DNA of 38,129 bases from Pseudolabrys sp. Lineage in GTDB: Bacteria; Pseudomonadota; Alphaproteobacteria; Rhizobiales; Xanthobacteraceae. The notes under the pieces were generated by a model, which was given only the letters and a program-made list of their open reading frames with translations, ran no database searches and was not told where the DNA came from. Each line of letters starts with the position of its first letter. Position 1 is the stretch's first letter. Below are positions 8,700 through 17,064 of the stretch, piece after piece. The stretch is from NCBI GenBank assembly GCA_036820945.1, contig DAISKM010000001.1, forward strand, positions 1 through 38,129, in the 5' to 3' direction. A program made the translations under genes and the position numbers.

Positions 8700-10213
8700 C
8701 AGAGCACCATAAATAGTTCGTGGTTGGGGGCGTCTTCCATCGGTTCGCCTTGCGCCCCGACAGCCATCGCGAGCGCGACCATTCCGTCGATCCGTCCGGT
8801 CGCTTTGCTCTTTGTGAATTTGCGGTTGCCCGCCTCGTCGTTGACGGTGATCGCGTTGGCGGCGCACATCGTCAGCACCGGATGGTTGCCGTGACGTAGA
8901 CCCTTCGCGAGCAGCCGCGCTTCCAGTTCGCGCAGCGCGGGCGACATCGAAACCCAGCCCTGGCCGAACCCCTTGAACCGCGTCAATTCCTCTTCGGTAA
9001 ACCCCGCCTCCACGAGCCACGGGGTCAGGAACCGCATGTTGTAACGGTCGAATGCCAGCACCTGGACGTCGCATTCGTCGAATAATTCGCGCAGCCAGCG
9101 GGCGACAAAGCGGTATTCAATCGCGCGTCCTGGCGTGAGCTGGAGCATTCCCTCACGCGCCCACACGTCATACGGCACGCGGTCGTTACGACTTTTCTCT
9201 TTGATGCCGTCCTCGGGCAGCCAGAAGGTCGGGTAGACATCGCCGTCCTCGGTCACTACCACCAGCGCGGTCAGGTCGGACACGCTCGAAAGGTCCAGGC
9301 CGGCCCAGACTTTTTGCCCACGCAACGGCTCCGGCTCGGCGCTGTTTTCTTCCCACACTGCCCAGCTCACGAACGGCGCTTTCGCCGCCACACGCTGGTT
9401 CAAAATCAGGTTGCGATAGGCCGCCTCGCGGGCCGGTAAGCGCTTCGCGTCCGACGCCTGACGCAGCACTTCCTCCTTGTTCATAAAGTCATCGAAGTGC
9501 GGATTCGCTGCGCGTATCGCCTTCAGACTGAATGGGTCCAGGTCGACCGGGGCCGTGCAGATTTCGACTTTGTTGCGCGGGTCAGCACCGGTCAATGCGT
9601 CGTCAATTAGCAGGCTCAGCAGGTCCGCATTGTTCGGTGCTTGCGTGCTAATGATGATTGACATCGGCTGATCTTGCGCAGCGCTCGCGGTTTCGAGCGC
9701 CTCGTATAGCTGCGATCTGGGGCCGACTACCTGCCCAAGCTCATCGTGAATTACGAGCGCCGGGCTTAGCCCGAACTTGGTTGACGCGTCGGCAGACAGC
9801 GCCTTGAAGAACGTCCCAAGTTCGCCGCACAGCAGCTCCTTCGCGGTGTCCCGAATGGTGATGTAATACGAAAGCTCGCGGCTCAATCTGACGACTTTGG
9901 CCGCCAGCTCGAACAGGATCGCCGCTTGGTCGCGCGATTGTGCAGCCGAGTAGAGCTGCGAATTCGGCCGCGCCTCTGGCCCGCACAAATGAAGCAGGAC
10001 GATGAACGCAGAGAATGCGGTCTTCGCGTTCTTGCGCGCCATGCTCAAAATGAAAACGCGGGTCGGTGAATCGTAAATCCGCTTGATCCAGTTGCGCTGA
10101 TGGCGGGTCAACTTGACCGGTTGCCCGACCATCCGGCCCTCTGGGATACAGCAGTGGGTCTCGATCCAGGCAATATTGCGCTCGCCGCGCGTCAGTCGTT
10201 TTCGAGCTGCCAC
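8699..10213 (-). CDS. terL: Terminase large subunit (HK97-like, 3' cos type)
   Basis: Walker A ARKNAKT, Walker B VIHDE, IIISTQ, nuclease GLDLSSVSDLTA, RIDGMVALAMA. Confidence 0.95.
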   Translation of the reverse strand: MAARKRLTRGERNIAWIETHCCIPEGRMVGQPVKLTRHQRNWIKRIYDSPTRVFILSMARKNAKTAFSAFIVLLHLCGPEARPNSQLYSAAQSRDQAAILFELAAKVVRLSRELSYYITIRDTAKELLCGELGTFFKALSADASTKFGLSPALVIHDELGQVVGPRSQLYEALETASAAQDQPMSIIISTQAPNNADLLSLLIDDALTGADPRNKVEICTAPVDLDPFSLKAIRAANPHFDDFMNKEEVLRQASDAKRLPAREAAYRNLILNQRVAAKAPFVSWAVWEENSAEPEPLRGQKVWAGLDLSSVSDLTALVVVTEDGDVYPTFWLPEDGIKEKSRNDRVPYDVWAREGMLQLTPGRAIEYRFVARWLRELFDECDVQVLAFDRYNMRFLTPWLVEAGFTEEELTRFKGFGQGWVSMSPALRELEARLLAKGLRHGNHPVLTMCAANAITVNDEAGNRKFTKSKATGRIDGMVALAMAVGAQGEPMEDAPNHELFMVL

Positions 10214-10620
10214 GGTTTGCGTCCTTTCCCTTGTGTGCCCACGGCCTTATCGGCGCGAATCAGGCTCTGTTGCGTGAGGCGCATGGCACGCATGAGCGCA
10301 CCTATCGCGCGGGTTTCGGTTTCCTGGCACCGCGCCAGGATCGCAAAACGCTTCAACCCCTCGTCATCGGTCAGCCACGCGGGGTCATATGCCTCCTGTT
10401 GCTGCGCGATCACGTCTGACGTGACCTTGTGCCGGCACAACTGCGCCAGCATTAGCTCGTGCTCATCACTGAACCAGTCGGCCGGTTTGCTATTGACGAC
10501 CGTTACCCAATACGCCTTCTGCGCGGGGGTCAGGTACGGCGGTGGCGCGAGCCGGTGCTGTAGTGACGTGGGGGAGGCGACCACAAGCGAGGCCGCCGAC
10601 TTGCGTCCACGGTCTGCCAT
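10192..10620 (-). CDS. terS: Terminase small subunit (P27-like)
   Basis: MADRGRKS, PPPYL..AQKAYW, MRLTQQS; immediately upstream of TerL. Confidence 0.85.
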   Translation of the reverse strand: MADRGRKSAASLVVASPTSLQHRLAPPPYLTPAQKAYWVTVVNSKPADWFSDEHELMLAQLCRHKVTSDVIAQQQEAYDPAWLTDDEGLKRFAILARCQETETRAIGALMRAMRLTQQSLIRADKAVGTQGKGRKPWQLEND

Positions 10621-10708
10621 GACGGTTTTCCTAAAAAAATACGAATTTATGAACGCCCCTTGCAGGGATCGGTATTCAGTCGAACACCCCTGCACTTTTC
10701 TCCACCCC
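10621..10708. promoter_or_regulatory. Probable cos (cohesive end) region
   Basis: Non-coding gap between HNH and terS, the cos location in HK97-like phages; minus strand GGGGTGGAGAAAAG...ACCG...AAATTCG layout; exact overhang not determinable. Confidence 0.55.
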
Positions 10709-11035
10709 CTACCTCCGCCAATGGTGCGCGGGGTCCAGCGGACGTCCATCCAGGCCACACCCAGGCAATACCCCGGAAAGCTCAAGGGTTTTCTTTATCG
10801 CATCGTGGCAGGGCTGACAGAGGCTCTGGAGGTTGGCCGGATCATGGAACAGCTCGGTGTCACCCTTGTGTGCCTTGATGTGATCGACCACGTTCGCCGC
10901 TGTATCACGGCCAGCCGCACGGCAGTACACGCACATGGGACAGGCACGGAGCTGGGAGAGGCGCAATTGTTTCCAACGTCTGGTGTTGTACAGGTAATGC
11001 CAATCAGCCTTGGTACGCATCGAGATCATCGTCAT
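10709..11035 (-). CDS. HNH endonuclease (HK97 gp74-like packaging cofactor)
   Basis: PMCVYC...VVDHIKAHKGD...NLQSLCQPCHD; upstream of terS; start may be 11020. Confidence 0.9.
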   Translation of the reverse strand: MTMISMRTKADWHYLYNTRRWKQLRLSQLRACPMCVYCRAAGRDTAANVVDHIKAHKGDTELFHDPANLQSLCQPCHDAIKKTLELSGVLPGCGLDGRPLDPAHHWRR

Positions 11036-11417
11036 CGAGGAAATCGTCTTGCGTCAGCCCGTCGCCGCGTTTGCTCCAGTACATCCATCCGCCAGACCGG
11101 ACACCCAGGTACATGCTCCACCGGGTAGCCCATCCCACACCGGCCGCCTCCAGCGCCTCCAGGAACAGGGCGTCAGCCTCGGCGCGTGTGGTGTAGTGGA
11201 TACAGTAGAGGAAGTCGTGCAGCACAGCAGGCGCGCGGCTCAGACCATTGATATCGAACAGTGCGCGCAGTAGACGCGGAATGCTGGCGAGGTCAGTGAT
11301 GAATCCACGCGGGGCGACGTAGCGCGTGCCGTCCTTCGCCATGTAGATCAGGGCCAGCAATAGCACCCATTCGTCAGGCTTCCAGGCACGCAAGTCCAGG
11401 GGGGTCAGGAATGCCAC
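11004..11417 (-). CDS. DUF1353-family protein
   Basis: PRGFITDLASIPR, AVLHDFLY, RAEADALFLEAL, MYLGVR signature. Confidence 0.85.
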   Translation of the reverse strand: MAFLTPLDLRAWKPDEWVLLLALIYMAKDGTRYVAPRGFITDLASIPRLLRALFDINGLSRAPAVLHDFLYCIHYTTRAEADALFLEALEAAGVGWATRWSMYLGVRSGGWMYWSKRGDGLTQDDFLDDDDLDAYQG

Positions 11418-11590
11418 AGCGCCACCTCATAACCGAGCAGATAGAAACCAGCCATCACGGTGCTCAGTAGCCACACCAGGACGCACATCAGGGCGTCACC
11501 CGTCATCCCGTGCTCATAGTGGAAGCGCCCCCGACGTAAAGACCAGGACGCGACGCCGATCAGGAGCAGCGGGATAACGAGCGACATCAT
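11405..11590 (-). CDS. Small two-TM membrane protein in lysis cassette
   Basis: 61 aa, two hydrophobic segments flanking LRRGRF; TAATG coupling with endolysin. Confidence 0.65.
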   Translation of the reverse strand: MMSLVIPLLLIGVASWSLRRGRFHYEHGMTGDALMCVLVWLLSTVMAGFYLLGYEVALWHS

Positions 11591-12027
11591 TAGGCAGCCT
11601 CGCCCAGGTACATGCGGCGCTCGGCCGCGCGACGCAGCTCCAGGCCGCCGAGCTTCTTGCCATTGCCATACACCCAGCGTTTGAACTCAGCAGCGATCCT
11701 CAGCGGCTCAGCGCGCTCATTGATTAGACGCAAGATCGTCGAGGACTTGAATGCCCCGCCGCCGATGTTGAAGACCAGGGACACCAGGGCATCGAACTGG
11801 TATTGCGTGAGCGGTACACGAACAAAGCGCTGCACGCTGAATTCAGCACTCTCCACATCCTGCGATAGCAGGTCCAGGGCACGCGCCTCGCTGATCTGCA
11901 TACCGGGCACCGCTGACAGCGTGTGGCCGTAACCGATCGTCCAGACGCCCACCGCATCGAGGTACGCGGTCAGGCGCAGCTTTTCAAAACCCTTGATTAG
12001 CGTCAGGCCGGCGCGACTGATGTTCAT
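11590..12027 (-). CDS. Endolysin, GH24 lysozyme
   Basis: IKGFEKLRLTAYLDAVGVWTIGYGHT (E-D-T triad), QFDALVSLVFNIG, GLELRRAAE. Confidence 0.95.
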   Translation of the reverse strand: MNISRAGLTLIKGFEKLRLTAYLDAVGVWTIGYGHTLSAVPGMQISEARALDLLSQDVESAEFSVQRFVRVPLTQYQFDALVSLVFNIGGGAFKSSTILRLINERAEPLRIAAEFKRWVYGNGKKLGGLELRRAAERRMYLGEAA

Positions 12028-12338
12028 TTGCCGACCTTCATTTCGAGAAACCGGTCGGCATAAATGCGCAGCTTATCGACGCCCAGGAAGCCCACGGCAC
12101 CACCGGCAAAGGTCGCCATCGACGATGGCAGGCCGAGCCACTCCAGGAGCGGAACCAGCGACAGCGTGCAGAGTCCACAGAGCGAGCCTTCGATCAGCAT
12201 TTGACGCCGGCCGCCGTTGCCGTAGATCACGCGGAGCACGGCGATAGCCACCGACAAGCCAGGCGCATACAACGCGGCGGCGATAGTGCCCAACCACGCA
12301 AGCAACGAAACCCACAAAGTTGGGTCTTTTTCGGGCAT
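12024..12338 (-). CDS. Holin, lambda S family
   Basis: MPEKDP start, three hydrophobic segments, GGAVGFLGVDKLR motif, upstream of endolysin. Confidence 0.9.
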   Translation of the reverse strand: MPEKDPTLWVSLLAWLGTIAAALYAPGLSVAIAVLRVIYGNGGRRQMLIEGSLCGLCTLSLVPLLEWLGLPSSMATFAGGAVGFLGVDKLRIYADRFLEMKVGK

Positions 12339-12418
12339 GATTTGGGCCTCATTGCCAAGCGTAAAAAAAGGAGGTTTTCTGTGTTTAAAAAACGATCAAT
12401 CGGAAAGGAGCCACGACA

Positions 12419-12766
12419 ATGACGTTCCCTGACGAATATAAAAAATGGCGCTTGTGGGTCGCTGTTTTCGGGCCGACCACGTTTGCGTATGGCACGGCCT
12501 ATGCCCTCGGTGACACGCTGCTCGGCACCCTATTGGCCCTGACGTTTTGCTTGACGGTCGGCGTCAGCTTCACGAGGTACATGGCCCGCACCCAGGCCCG
12601 CGCAGATTTGCGGGCCGAGCTGCAACGGCTCCAGGCGGAATTTTTGGACGTGGCCGATATGGTCAACCGAATGCCCTACGAGGAAAGCCGGCCGTATCTC
12701 GAAGGCCTGCACCTGATGGAATTCCGAATCCGCGTCCTGGAGAGCGTCCTGGAGGCGAAAAAATGA
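12419..12766 (+). CDS. Hypothetical membrane protein (2 TM plus coiled coil)
   Basis: RBS AAGGAG; first gene of a plus-strand cluster. Confidence 0.75.
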   Translation: MTFPDEYKKWRLWVAVFGPTTFAYGTAYALGDTLLGTLLALTFCLTVGVSFTRYMARTQARADLRAELQRLQAEFLDVADMVNRMPYEESRPYLEGLHLMEFRIRVLESVLEAKK

Positions 12767-12981
12767 GCAGCCATGTAATCGTGAAGCGGGAACTATTGGA
12801 GGTGTTCGCCAATAGCAGCGCCTTTGCCCCGGCCGAGGTGCATCGAGCAATCAACGAACTGCGCGCTGTACTCGCCGCCCCGGAATGCCAGGACGACAGA
12901 ACGCCGGCTTACATCGCATTAGCAAATGAGAATGATCGACTACTAGCGATTATCAGGCAGCGCCAGGAGGGCAAAACATGA
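12763..12981 (+). CDS. Hypothetical protein
   Basis: MSSHVIVKRELL, RBS GGAGG, ATGA overlaps at both ends. Confidence 0.7.
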   Translation: MSSHVIVKRELLEVFANSSAFAPAEVHRAINELRAVLAAPECQDDRTPAYIALANENDRLLAIIRQRQEGKT

Positions 12982-13187
12982 TCGCGATTATCAACACCGG
13001 GGCCGTCGATGACGAAGGTCGGGCGCACTACCGACTGCAAATCAATAACGAGTTGATCGCAGAATTTCACCACTACCGGGTCGACGGCCTTGCCGCGTGT
13101 CTTCGCCTTGCGGCAGACGCAGCGGACCGGGCGCATTACGAAAAAGTTGACCGGCTTATCAAACTTGTTGGGAGGGCACCTGAATGA
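12978..13187 (+). CDS. Hypothetical protein
   Basis: RBS GGAGG, ATGA coupling; YRLQIN...F.H.R..GLAACLRLAADA. Confidence 0.75.
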   Translation: MIAIINTGAVDDEGRAHYRLQINNELIAEFHHYRVDGLAACLRLAADAADRAHYEKVDRLIKLVGRAPE

Positions 13188-13573
13188 AAACCACGCTTGC
13201 AGACCGCCGAGCGATGGCAAAGGAAAACGCAAAGTGGCCGCTGTACCTGAAACCGATCCCGCGCGAACTCTGGCCGAGAGATCGGGCCGATATTTTGGAG
13301 GTCTGGCGTTCGCGCGGTTTTCTCGTGCAAATCTATGCCGAGAAAAACGGGCACACCCGCATGTCCGTCAATCGCACCATGCACACGGGCGACAATTGGG
13401 TCGCGGCGATAACGTGGGACGAGCTGATGCAACTCAAGCGGGAATGTGGCCGGGGCGACCTTGATGCCCTGGAGCTATTCCCGGCCGACGCTGATGTGGT
13501 GAACGTCGCGAATATCCGCCATCTGTTTTTTCCACCAGAGCCGGTTGCCTTCAAATGGACGGGCGACGAATGA
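13184..13573 (+). CDS. Conserved phage hypothetical protein (resembles DUF7694-type)
   Basis: ITWDELMQLKRECG...ELFP....VVNVANIRHLF motif; RBS GGAGG; ATGA coupling. Confidence 0.7.
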   Translation: MKTTLADRRAMAKENAKWPLYLKPIPRELWPRDRADILEVWRSRGFLVQIYAEKNGHTRMSVNRTMHTGDNWVAAITWDELMQLKRECGRGDLDALELFPADADVVNVANIRHLFFPPEPVAFKWTGDE

Positions 13574-13944
13574 AAAAAAGACGTGAATTTAATCCCGATT
13601 GGGTCGGATATCGCCAAGGCCTCAAAGATGGTCGGGCGGAAGCACTGTCTGAAAAGAGCGGGCTTACCTGGAGAAAAACTCGACCGATTCCGGCCGACCT
13701 TAACGGCCATCCAGAAGAGTATTTTTGGGCTCGTGATAGCTACTTTAAACGCCCGATGATAGTCCGAGCGAAAAGCGCGATTAACTCCGACGTTATCGAC
13801 GGTCAGCTCGTATACCGGGCCGAGGTCTATTTCCAGTTCTTTGTTGACGGCTTCCCCCACCGTATCTGGTCGAGCAAGACGGCGGAACATCCGTGGCTGC
13901 TCGAACTTGAGTGGGCCGGCCCTGTCGAGCGCGCCTGCGACTAA
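13570..13944 (+). CDS. Hypothetical protein
   Basis: ATGA overlap with preceding gene; 124 aa. Confidence 0.7.
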   Translation: MKKRREFNPDWVGYRQGLKDGRAEALSEKSGLTWRKTRPIPADLNGHPEEYFWARDSYFKRPMIVRAKSAINSDVIDGQLVYRAEVYFQFFVDGFPHRIWSSKTAEHPWLLELEWAGPVERACD

Positions 13945-13972
13945 AAATTCACCCAACGAACGGAGCACCAAA

Positions 13973-14215
13973 ATGACAAAAACATATCTGCGCGTAACCA
14001 TCGACCTGATGGTGTACGACGAACACGAATTTCGCTTAGCTGCGCAAAATCGGGCCGCACAGGACGGCGACGTGGACCCTGTCCGCTTCATGCTGGTCGA
14101 ACAAACAGACCTCAGCGAGTGCGCGCAAATGCTGCTCGATCCAGGGGTCAGCCCACCGGGATCGACCATAGACCAGTCGATGGGCGAAAACGTCGATCTG
14201 TGCTCGGGGGACTAA
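13973..14215 (+). CDS. Hypothetical acidic protein
   Basis: RBS GGAG, MTKTYLRVTIDL, 80 aa. Confidence 0.7.
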   Translation: MTKTYLRVTIDLMVYDEHEFRLAAQNRAAQDGDVDPVRFMLVEQTDLSECAQMLLDPGVSPPGSTIDQSMGENVDLCSGD

Positions 14216-14217
14216 AA

Positions 14218-14511
14218 ATGGGCGACTGTCACATTTATCACGACGAAATCCGAATCAACGTAAGCGATCCGAACGTCACAAAAGTGTGGGTTTATTTGCG
14301 CGGCGAAGGCGACTGTCCTTTTCAGGTCATCGGCTGGCACTACAAAGAATTTCCCTCGACCGTCACATCGGTCGACATTCTGACGATGTGGGCAAACGGC
14401 GACCAAAACCCGATGTCCTGGCCGCGAATGGACCCACCGCCGACAGTGCTGAATTATTCGCCAGACTGGGACGCAATCGAGGCCGCTGCCAAGGCGCGGA
14501 CCATAAATTAA
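14218..14511 (+). CDS. Hypothetical protein
   Basis: RBS GGGGG, MGDCHIYHD, 97 aa. Confidence 0.7.
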   Translation: MGDCHIYHDEIRINVSDPNVTKVWVYLRGEGDCPFQVIGWHYKEFPSTVTSVDILTMWANGDQNPMSWPRMDPPPTVLNYSPDWDAIEAAAKARTIN

Positions 14512-14524
14512 GGAGCGGCACACG

Positions 14525-14779
14525 ATGAGCAAATTATTAGAAGACGCCACCCGAATCGCCGGGGCAGCGTTTGAAGACGCGTTGAATTCACTGCACAGCG
14601 CAGAGCTACAAGTCGAAGTCGTGGAGATGTTCGTGGTGATCGGCTCCAACTTTTTGCGCGCGACTCAGGGCGAGGAATACACCCGGCGCTTCCTGCAAAA
14701 CGGGATCGATATGCTCGACCACCCGGCCGTGACCAACGTCATTCATGTTGAAACAGTAAACCCAGGAACCAAGCACTAA
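14525..14779 (+). CDS. Hypothetical protein
   Basis: RBS AAGGAG; stop overlaps stop of convergent gene. Confidence 0.75.
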   Translation: MSKLLEDATRIAGAAFEDALNSLHSAELQVEVVEMFVVIGSNFLRATQGEEYTRRFLQNGIDMLDHPAVTNVIHVETVNPGTKH

Positions 14780-15150
14780 CGCTTATCGGGGTCAGCCCCC
14801 AACGCAACCCGGCCGATCTTGTGCGCGATGTCCATCACCTTGGCAAGCGCGGCAATTTCGGCCGGTGTCGTAGTGCCCTGAATCATCTGCGCAGCCTTCG
14901 CGCGGATCGCACGGGCCACCGTCAAATCATCCTCGTTGAATCGAGCCAGGAGCGTGGCAACGTCACTGTCCTGGCCGGTCACAGCGCGCGAGCGCTCCTG
15001 ATGGTGGCGGCGCTCATCGTCCCAGTTTTCCTTATCCGCACGCGTGGTCAGCGTGGCCGGATAAATGCCGTGACGCTCGGCCAGCTCTGCCAGCGGTGCA
15101 GTCCCGTGAACGTACTCCAGGCGAATCGCCGGCCAATCATACATAGCCAT
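14776..15150 (-). CDS. HTH protein resembling the N-terminus of pac-type small terminases
   Basis: DWPAIRLEYVHG...LAELAERHGI...TLTTRADKENW pattern. Confidence 0.6.
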   Translation of the reverse strand: MAMYDWPAIRLEYVHGTAPLAELAERHGIYPATLTTRADKENWDDERRHHQERSRAVTGQDSDVATLLARFNEDDLTVARAIRAKAAQMIQGTTTPAEIAALAKVMDIAHKIGRVALGADPDKR

Positions 15151-15153
15151 AAA

Positions 15154-15912
15154 TCACCCGTCTGAATGGAGCGTGCAGGTCGGAGTCGCACCGCCCAGGC
15201 CAGAGGGGAACTCTGGCTCCTGCTCTTTTGCACGCGTAATTTTTTGCCCCTTGTACATCCCTGCCCCAAGCGCCTCGATCTGACTGAACGGCACTACAGG
15301 CACCGCGAGCCGAGAGGCTGCATCTGGATTCAGGAAATAGACGTAACGCATCTGGTAGCCCGGCAACGGGCGTGCCCCGGCCGCTTTCGCAGCACTGGCC
15401 CCAGACTTGCCGTTGGCGGCGATATGGTTCGGATTATTCAGCGTCTTGTTGGCGATGATCGATCCGTCTGGCATCTGCAACAGCGACTTGTTTTTTGATA
15501 TGCCGGTCAGCACGAAGCCCGAGGCGCGATAAATTGCGCCGTCGCCGCATTGCGTACCGTCGCTGAAGGAGAGAATCCACTCAATATGCGGGTAGTGCTT
15601 GCGGATCATTCGGAAGGCCACGGCCAGCGCGCGGCTCTCGCTATTGCGCGGCAATTTTTCACTGAAGGCCATGCGGTTTAGCTCAAGCATTCCGTTCCAC
15701 AGCGTACCGGGCACCAGGGCAATGGACTTGCGCTTATCCATCGGGCAGCCGAAGGACATCACCCCTTCAAGTTTGCCGCCCAGGAACGCGCCTAAATGCA
15801 ACTGACTGTTATTCACCGACTTGCCGCTGTAATGGATTCGGCGCACCGCCTCGTTTGCAGCGGCGGAGCTGATCGGCTGAATGATGATGTCTTTTGCGGT
15901 TGGTGCGCTCAA
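15154..15912 (-). CDS. mom: Mom-family (GNAT-fold) adenine modification enzyme
   Basis: HYS, GVMSFG, LELNRMAF, PRNSESRAL, ILSFSD..Q...GAIYRASGF..TG, RYVYFL motifs. Confidence 0.8.
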   Translation of the reverse strand: MSAPTAKDIIIQPISSAAANEAVRRIHYSGKSVNNSQLHLGAFLGGKLEGVMSFGCPMDKRKSIALVPGTLWNGMLELNRMAFSEKLPRNSESRALAVAFRMIRKHYPHIEWILSFSDGTQCGDGAIYRASGFVLTGISKNKSLLQMPDGSIIANKTLNNPNHIAANGKSGASAAKAAGARPLPGYQMRYVYFLNPDAASRLAVPVVPFSQIEALGAGMYKGQKITRAKEQEPEFPSGLGGATPTCTLHSDG

Positions 15913-16529
15913 AAGTCAGCCCCCTGCGACGTCAAGAACAGCTCGCAAATTCGCGCGATGGCGTTGCCGTTGCTGTTCTCGTTTTGCGTATCGCCAAACG
16001 GCCCCATCTTTTTTGCGACGCTGATAGCGCGCTCGACCTGCTCGGCCTGCTCATCGTGCAGCACGAACGAAATTTGCCGGAATGGTTCCCGGTCGCCTTC
16101 ACGCAACACCGGCATCATGTCCAACGGATCGCAATCAATCGACAGCGCTTCAACTTCGTCAAAATCGAAACCGATCACTTCCAGGTCCGCGCCCAACTCC
16201 TGCAACGCGTCCAGCTCCAGGCGCAAAAGCTCGTCATCCCATCCGGCGTTAAGAGCCAGCTTATTGTCTGCCAGGATGTAGGCGCGGCGCTGAGTTTCCG
16301 TGAGGTGCGCCAGCTCGATCACCGGGACCGTATCGTGCCCCATCTTGCGCGCGGCCATCACCCGGCCGTGCCCCGCCAGAATTCCGTTTGATCCGTCTAC
16401 CAGGACCGGGTTTGTCCATCCGAATTCCTGAATGCTCGCCGCGATCTGCGCCACTTGAGCGTCGCTATGCGTTCTCGCGTTATTCGCGTTGGGCACAAGG
16501 TCGGAGACTTTCCGGTGTTCAACCTGCAT
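15909..16529 (-). CDS. ParB/Srx N-terminal-domain protein
   Basis: NARTHS..QV.QIAASI.EFGWTNPVLVD....ILAGHGRVMAA, RAYILADNKLA; C-terminus lacks an MTase domain. Confidence 0.9.
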   Translation of the reverse strand: MQVEHRKVSDLVPNANNARTHSDAQVAQIAASIQEFGWTNPVLVDGSNGILAGHGRVMAARKMGHDTVPVIELAHLTETQRRAYILADNKLALNAGWDDELLRLELDALQELGADLEVIGFDFDEVEALSIDCDPLDMMPVLREGDREPFRQISFVLHDEQAEQVERAISVAKKMGPFGDTQNENSNGNAIARICELFLTSQGADF

Positions 16530-16552
16530 GGGGCGGGCCTTTATTCGGGACG

Positions 16553-16579
16553 AAAAAAAGCCCGGTTTTGGCCGGGCTT
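16553..16579 (-). terminator. tR'-like terminator downstream of late promoter
   Basis: AAGCCCGGCC-AAA-ACCGGGCTT followed by TTTTT on minus strand, ~45 nt after the -10 box. Confidence 0.8.
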
Positions 16580-16623
16580 TAGCGTCTAACGAACGGGGCG
16601 GGCACCTGCGTCAGACTGAGAGA

Positions 16624-16652
16624 ATCCTAGTCTCAGCCGTGCAGGAACACAA
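16624..16652 (-). promoter_or_regulatory. Late promoter pR'-like
   Basis: TTGTGT-17 nt-TAGGAT downstream of the Q-like gene and followed by a terminator. Confidence 0.6.
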
Positions 16653-16664
16653 GTGGCCCGCCGA

Positions 16665-17018
16665 CTATATTTTTTCCTCCACCGATTCGAGCCAGAATGG
16701 CGGAATCAGACCCGCCCATCCTGCACGGCTCAGTGCATGAACACACGCCACTTTATCGAGCGGCAATTCGTCACCTGGACCGATATCCGAAACAATCCAG
16801 CCAGGACACCGGCCCCAAAAACTGGCGTAGGCCAAGTGGGGAAAATGCTCGTCGGCCGGAGTGTTTTCCGCCCATTTGATAGCGGCCCTCAGGCGTGCCG
16901 CGTCGGCAATCCACAAATGCTCCCCATCCTCCACCAGCGCGATATCGTCGTCATAGACCACGACCAGTTCGCCGTAGGCCGTCGAGTTGAGTTCCTGCCA
17001 CACCGTAGTCCCGGTCAT
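16665..17018 (-). CDS. Hypothetical acidic protein between Q-like gene and late promoter
   Basis: RBS TAAGGAG before ATG 17018 (MTGTTVWQEL). Confidence 0.7.
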   Translation of the reverse strand: MTGTTVWQELNSTAYGELVVVYDDDIALVEDGEHLWIADAARLRAAIKWAENTPADEHFPHLAYASFWGRCPGWIVSDIGPGDELPLDKVACVHALSRAGWAGLIPPFWLESVEEKI

Positions 17019-17064
17019 CTGATGCTCCTTATCCCGCCGCGCCAACGTGGCCGGCCGGGGCCGA

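Noticed and set aside
6690..9074. Long N-terminal extensions of capsid, protease and portal in the ORF track
   Set aside because: They overlap upstream genes or terminators; downstream ATGs with RBS or stop-start coupling give family-typical starts (6689, 7461, 8699)
10019..10042. TerL Walker A reads RKNAKT instead of GKT
   Set aside because: This variant occurs in other terminases of this family; all other motifs are intact, so no evidence of inactivation
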